NCBI GenBank assembly: GCA_963555995.3
Contig: OY821641.1
Span: 480,001 to 544,000 of the forward strand
Length of the DNA: 64,000 nt
From: Vicinamibacteria bacterium
GTDB taxonomy: Bacteria; Acidobacteriota; Vicinamibacteria; Marinacidobacterales; Marinacidobacteraceae
Direction: 5' to 3'
Shown here: piece by piece, positions 60,731 to 64,000 of the stretch
Layout of the letters: each line of letters opens with the position of its first letter
How positions within the stretch are numbered: the stretch's first letter is position 1
Program-made: the position numbers and the translations under genes
Notes under the pieces: model-generated
What the model was told of the DNA's origin: nothing
Database searches by the model: none
What the model saw: the letters and a program-made list of their open reading frames with translations, nothing else

Positions 60731-63709
60731 TCATTCCCGCTTGCCTCCGTGGACGGTGGGTTCGGCGCACCATTTCTCGCGGATGAGGGCGACCTGGTCC
60801 ATCGCTTCGGCGTCGAAGCCCAGAGCCTCTTCCAGCACCAGGCGGTCGAGTTCCCGGCGCGCGGGGTCTTCGTGGGCTCGGTGCGCGGGCAGGAAGTCGG
60901 TCTGCGAGAGCGCGGTGAACGCGTCGCGGAGCTTCGTGATCTGCTCGTCCGGGAGCGCCCGCAGGTCCAGCACCGGCAGGTCGGGCAGGCGGCTGACGGT
61001 GAGCACCGCGCGTCCCGCCTGCTGGGAGGATCCGATCCACCAGAACAGCAAGAGGCCGAGCGTGGTGTTCGACCACGCCACCAGCGCCTCCTCCCACGAC
61101 GGCTCGTGGGTCCGGAAAGAAGGCCAGGCCCGGCCGCCGATGGCGAGCGCCGGGGTGAGGCAGGCGGCGAGGCTCTGCGCGTTGACCCGCCAGTCGCGGT
61201 TGAAGTGGAGCCGGGTCGCGGTGCGCCAGATCGCGGCGGCGTCCTGGTCGCGACCGGGACGGGTCTGCCCCATGGACTCCGGCACCACGAAGAACCTGCG
61301 TTCCTTCGCGGTGTCGTGGCGCCACAGCACCGGAAACGTCGGGATACCGGCGGCAGGAACGATCTCGAACGGACCGCGCGCGGTGATGGCGGCGTCGTGG
61401 CGCCCGCCCACGTCGCGGTCCAGCGGTCCGCGCCGACCGAGGTAGGCGAGGCGCGTCATCGGCAGGGACACGATCCGGTCGCTGCGCGACTGCGGCAGCG
61501 CGCCCCGTTCCAGACTGCGCGCCGCATTCGCCAGCGCGAGATCGCTGACCCCGGCGCATCCGCCGTCGGCCAGGGTGGCCCGGACGCCGCTCCCGACCCG
61601 TTGGCCGCCGAGCCGGATGTCGAAGACGGACCCGGAGGTTCGCGGGCTCGCCGCTGTTCGCCGCCGGACCGCGGCCGCCGTCTGGTGCGCCTCGACCGCG
61701 CTCGCGGGCCGTTGCCTCAGCGTGATCCAGGTTGCCTCCGCGTCCGCCGGGCGGGCTGGCCCCGGAGTGCTTCTCTTCCTTCCCAGCACCAGGATCTCCG
61801 CCATGGCGGTGTCGGCGGAAAACGCCTTGTCCTTGCCGCCGGCACCGGCCAACGACACGACCAGCAACTCCTCGTAGTGCCGGGCGAGCAGGGTGCGGCT
61901 CGCGCCCCACGCCCGGCCGAGCGCCAGCGCCGCCGGCACGACGAGCGCGAGCGTACCCCCGGGACGCAGCTTGACGTGCGCCAGGTCGAGGAAGTTCGAG
62001 GCGAGGCCGGCGTTTCCGTCGCCCGCGGGCGAGGCGTGCCGCGGTGCCTCCTTTCCCTTGCGGACAAGACGGGTTCGGAGCCGTTTCAACTCCGCGCTCA
62101 TGGCCTCCTGCTCGGCTTCCGTCGTGCCGAACCCGGCGAACGACGGCACGTTTTCCCCGGTGATCTCGTGGTTCGTGGGCCGCGTGAACGGCGGGTTCAT
62201 GATGACCAGATCGAGCGAATCGTCGGCGATCGCGAACGAGGCGTCCTGCATCTCCTGCTCGGACACCGACTCCGCCTGTCTCCCGCCGAGTCCCTCGACC
62301 CCGGCGGCGAGTCCGGTGCCGAAGAGCGTCATCATCTCGCCCGGCTCGAGCAGGCTGAGCGAGCCGAGGCAGGGGCGCGCCACCCGGGGGTGGTCGCCGT
62401 AGGGAAGGGTGTACACCTGTGTGCGGGCGTAGGGAACCGCGGGATGGACGCTCGACAGCATGGAGGCCGTGAGATGGGTGGCCGCGGGCATGATGTCCGC
62501 CGCGATCAGGCACCGCTCCAGCATGTTGTCGTGGACCTCGCGGTCGTCCCACCCGGCCCGGCGATAGCGGCGGATCAGGGCGTGGTAGGCGGCGGCGATG
62601 AGCGTCCCGGTGCCGCAGGCAAGATCGGCCACCCGCAGGCGGTACATCCCGTCGGGCTCCGACCAGTCCGCCGGCGTTATCGCGACTCCAAGCTCCGCCA
62701 GCAGGGTGGCCGCTTCCGGTCGGGTGTAGAACGTGGCGAGGAACTTCCGGTCCTGGATGAGTTGCTGGAACATGCGGCCCGTCAGGTCGTGCGACCGGGT
62801 CGCCCCCTCGGCCGCCAGCCGCTCGGCGGCATCCGCCAGCAGTTCCAGCACCCGCGCCGCAGTGGCGGACGGGATGATCCGCAGAATGTCGCTCGCGGTA
62901 CGGAAGATGGGCCAGAAGTTGACCTCGAGGATAGCGGCCCACGCGCGCAACGCGTCCCGGCGGGAGATCCGTCCGCTGGGCAGACGGATGGATTCCAGGT
63001 CGGGGACCCCGAGCGAACCGGCGAGCGCCGCGTGGAAGGTGCAGGCGTTGGCCACGATGGCCATCGCCATCCGGTTCGTCTGCTCGCCAGGCTCCTGGAC
63101 GAGGTATTCGCCGAGTCGGCGGAGCACGTCCTGCTTGTCTTCGGTCAGGTCCCGCGCCAACCGACCGGCGGCCTGGCGGACCGCCGTCTCCAGGATGTCG
63201 GTGCTCGCCGCGACCGCCCTCTCGGAGACCTCAAGAGTCTCCACCAGTCCCGCGAGGTCGTCCACACCACCCTCGATCCAACCCTCCGCGGGAAACCGGC
63301 TCCCACCAGCGCCGGCTCCATCCGTTTCGGCGTCCGGCGGGTCCGCCGACAGGACCGCGAACGCGTAGGAAGCACGCTCCACCCGATCCGCGAGCTCCTC
63401 CGGCGGAACGTCGCGCAGCGCGGCCGGCAGTTTCACCGCCACGGCGTTCTCGATGCGGCCTCCCCGCACCGTTACCCGCCCGAGGCGGCTCCGGGCATCC
63501 TGCTCGACAGTCCTTGCGGGGAAGAACTCGGTTTCGACCGCCACCGGCGAGCCGCTTCCGGCGTCGGCCAGGATGTCCGGGCGGCCCGAGCCTTCCAGTG
63601 CCCCGAGGTCTTCCGCGCTCAGGGCGTTCGGTTGCCGCCACGCCGGGCTCCGGTTGCGCAGGCACGCCGCGAGCGCCGTGTTCAGGGTGTGCTCGTCGTT
63701 ACGCGCCAT
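60731..63709 (-). CDS. Fused restriction endonuclease / N6-adenine DNA methyltransferase (type IIG/IIL-like)
   Basis: N-terminal PD-(D/E)xK-like RPDIL...VAVETEF; FYTRP; motif I DLACGTG; motif IV IMNPPF; C-terminal target-recognition region; 992 aa. Confidence 0.8.
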   Translation of the reverse strand: MARNDEHTLNTALAACLRNRSPAWRQPNALSAEDLGALEGSGRPDILADAGSGSPVAVETEFFPARTVEQDARSRLGRVTVRGGRIENAVAVKLPAALRDVPPEELADRVERASYAFAVLSADPPDAETDGAGAGGSRFPAEGWIEGGVDDLAGLVETLEVSERAVAASTDILETAVRQAAGRLARDLTEDKQDVLRRLGEYLVQEPGEQTNRMAMAIVANACTFHAALAGSLGVPDLESIRLPSGRISRRDALRAWAAILEVNFWPIFRTASDILRIIPSATAARVLELLADAAERLAAEGATRSHDLTGRMFQQLIQDRKFLATFYTRPEAATLLAELGVAITPADWSEPDGMYRLRVADLACGTGTLIAAAYHALIRRYRRAGWDDREVHDNMLERCLIAADIMPAATHLTASMLSSVHPAVPYARTQVYTLPYGDHPRVARPCLGSLSLLEPGEMMTLFGTGLAAGVEGLGGRQAESVSEQEMQDASFAIADDSLDLVIMNPPFTRPTNHEITGENVPSFAGFGTTEAEQEAMSAELKRLRTRLVRKGKEAPRHASPAGDGNAGLASNFLDLAHVKLRPGGTLALVVPAALALGRAWGASRTLLARHYEELLVVSLAGAGGKDKAFSADTAMAEILVLGRKRSTPGPARPADAEATWITLRQRPASAVEAHQTAAAVRRRTAASPRTSGSVFDIRLGGQRVGSGVRATLADGGCAGVSDLALANAARSLERGALPQSRSDRIVSLPMTRLAYLGRRGPLDRDVGGRHDAAITARGPFEIVPAAGIPTFPVLWRHDTAKERRFFVVPESMGQTRPGRDQDAAAIWRTATRLHFNRDWRVNAQSLAACLTPALAIGGRAWPSFRTHEPSWEEALVAWSNTTLGLLLFWWIGSSQQAGRAVLTVSRLPDLPVLDLRALPDEQITKLRDAFTALSQTDFLPAHRAHEDPARRELDRLVLEEALGFDAEAMDQVALIREKWCAEPTVHGGKRE

Positions 63710-63748
63710 CAGCGGACACTGGAGTGCGAATTGTTCACGGCTAGTCGG

Positions 63749-64000
63749 TCACTGTGGCCGGGCCTCCGGGAACTCGTCCCACACCCTGCCGTCAAGGGTA
63801 CGGCCGGTCCGCTTCTTGAAGACGCCGCCCCACTGCTTGAAGAAGAAGGGAACATCGCTATCCACGCACCGATCGCGGATGTGCCGGACCCAGTCTGCCT
63901 GCATCGGTCGGGCGCCGGGACCGGACTCTCCCCCGGCGATCACCCAGTCCACTCCGTCCAGTGTCAGACCCGGAAGCGGTCCCAGCAGGGGCTCCAGTGA
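63749..64000 (-). CDS. DUF5131 / phage Gp37-Gp68 family protein, 5'-truncated by the window edge
   Basis: SLEPLLGPL...[16 protein letters not shown]...[10 protein letters not shown]...[13 protein letters not shown] motifs. Confidence 0.9.
   Translation of the reverse strand, partial: SLEPLLGPLPGLTLDGVDWVIAGGESGPGARPMQADWVRHIRDRCVDSDVPFFFKQWGGVFKKRTGRTLDGRVWDEFPEARPQ

Overview
Very GC-rich bacterial chromosomal window, most consistent with an Acidobacteriota genome (tandem acidobacterial-type VWA proteins, DUF5916/CBM9 protein, BNR/VPS10-like hydrolase). Eukaryote-like functions (sterol methyltransferase, spondin_N, GPP34 domain) suggest a host-associated organism such as a marine sponge symbiont; this is inference. 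The housekeeping backbone includes secA, guaB, comM/yifB, rnd, ccdA-cytochrome c-TlpA, cutA, ggt, phhA and several transporters. Highlights: (1) a ~12.4 kb cluster (18188-30556) in which a complete tripartite RND exporter is interleaved with a Neverland/KshA-like Rieske oxygenase, an FAD-dependent oxidoreductase, a GPP34(GOLPH3)-cytochrome P450 fusion and an ERG6/SMT1-like sterol C-methyltransferase with altered signature motifs, i.e. a candidate bacterial sterol-tailoring and export system; (2) five dispersed copies of a 187-bp element, identical in length and with extensive compensatory base changes (structured RNA or MITE), plus a truncated sixth copy; (3) modular REP/REPIN-like palindromic elements; (4) a spacer-less ~32-bp hairpin tandem array; (5) defence genes (Septu-like ATPase+HNH, orphan antitoxin-like ORF, fused restriction-modification enzyme, DUF5131). 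I recognised no tRNA, rRNA, CRISPR array or transposase. All calls come from reading motifs by eye; no database searches were run.
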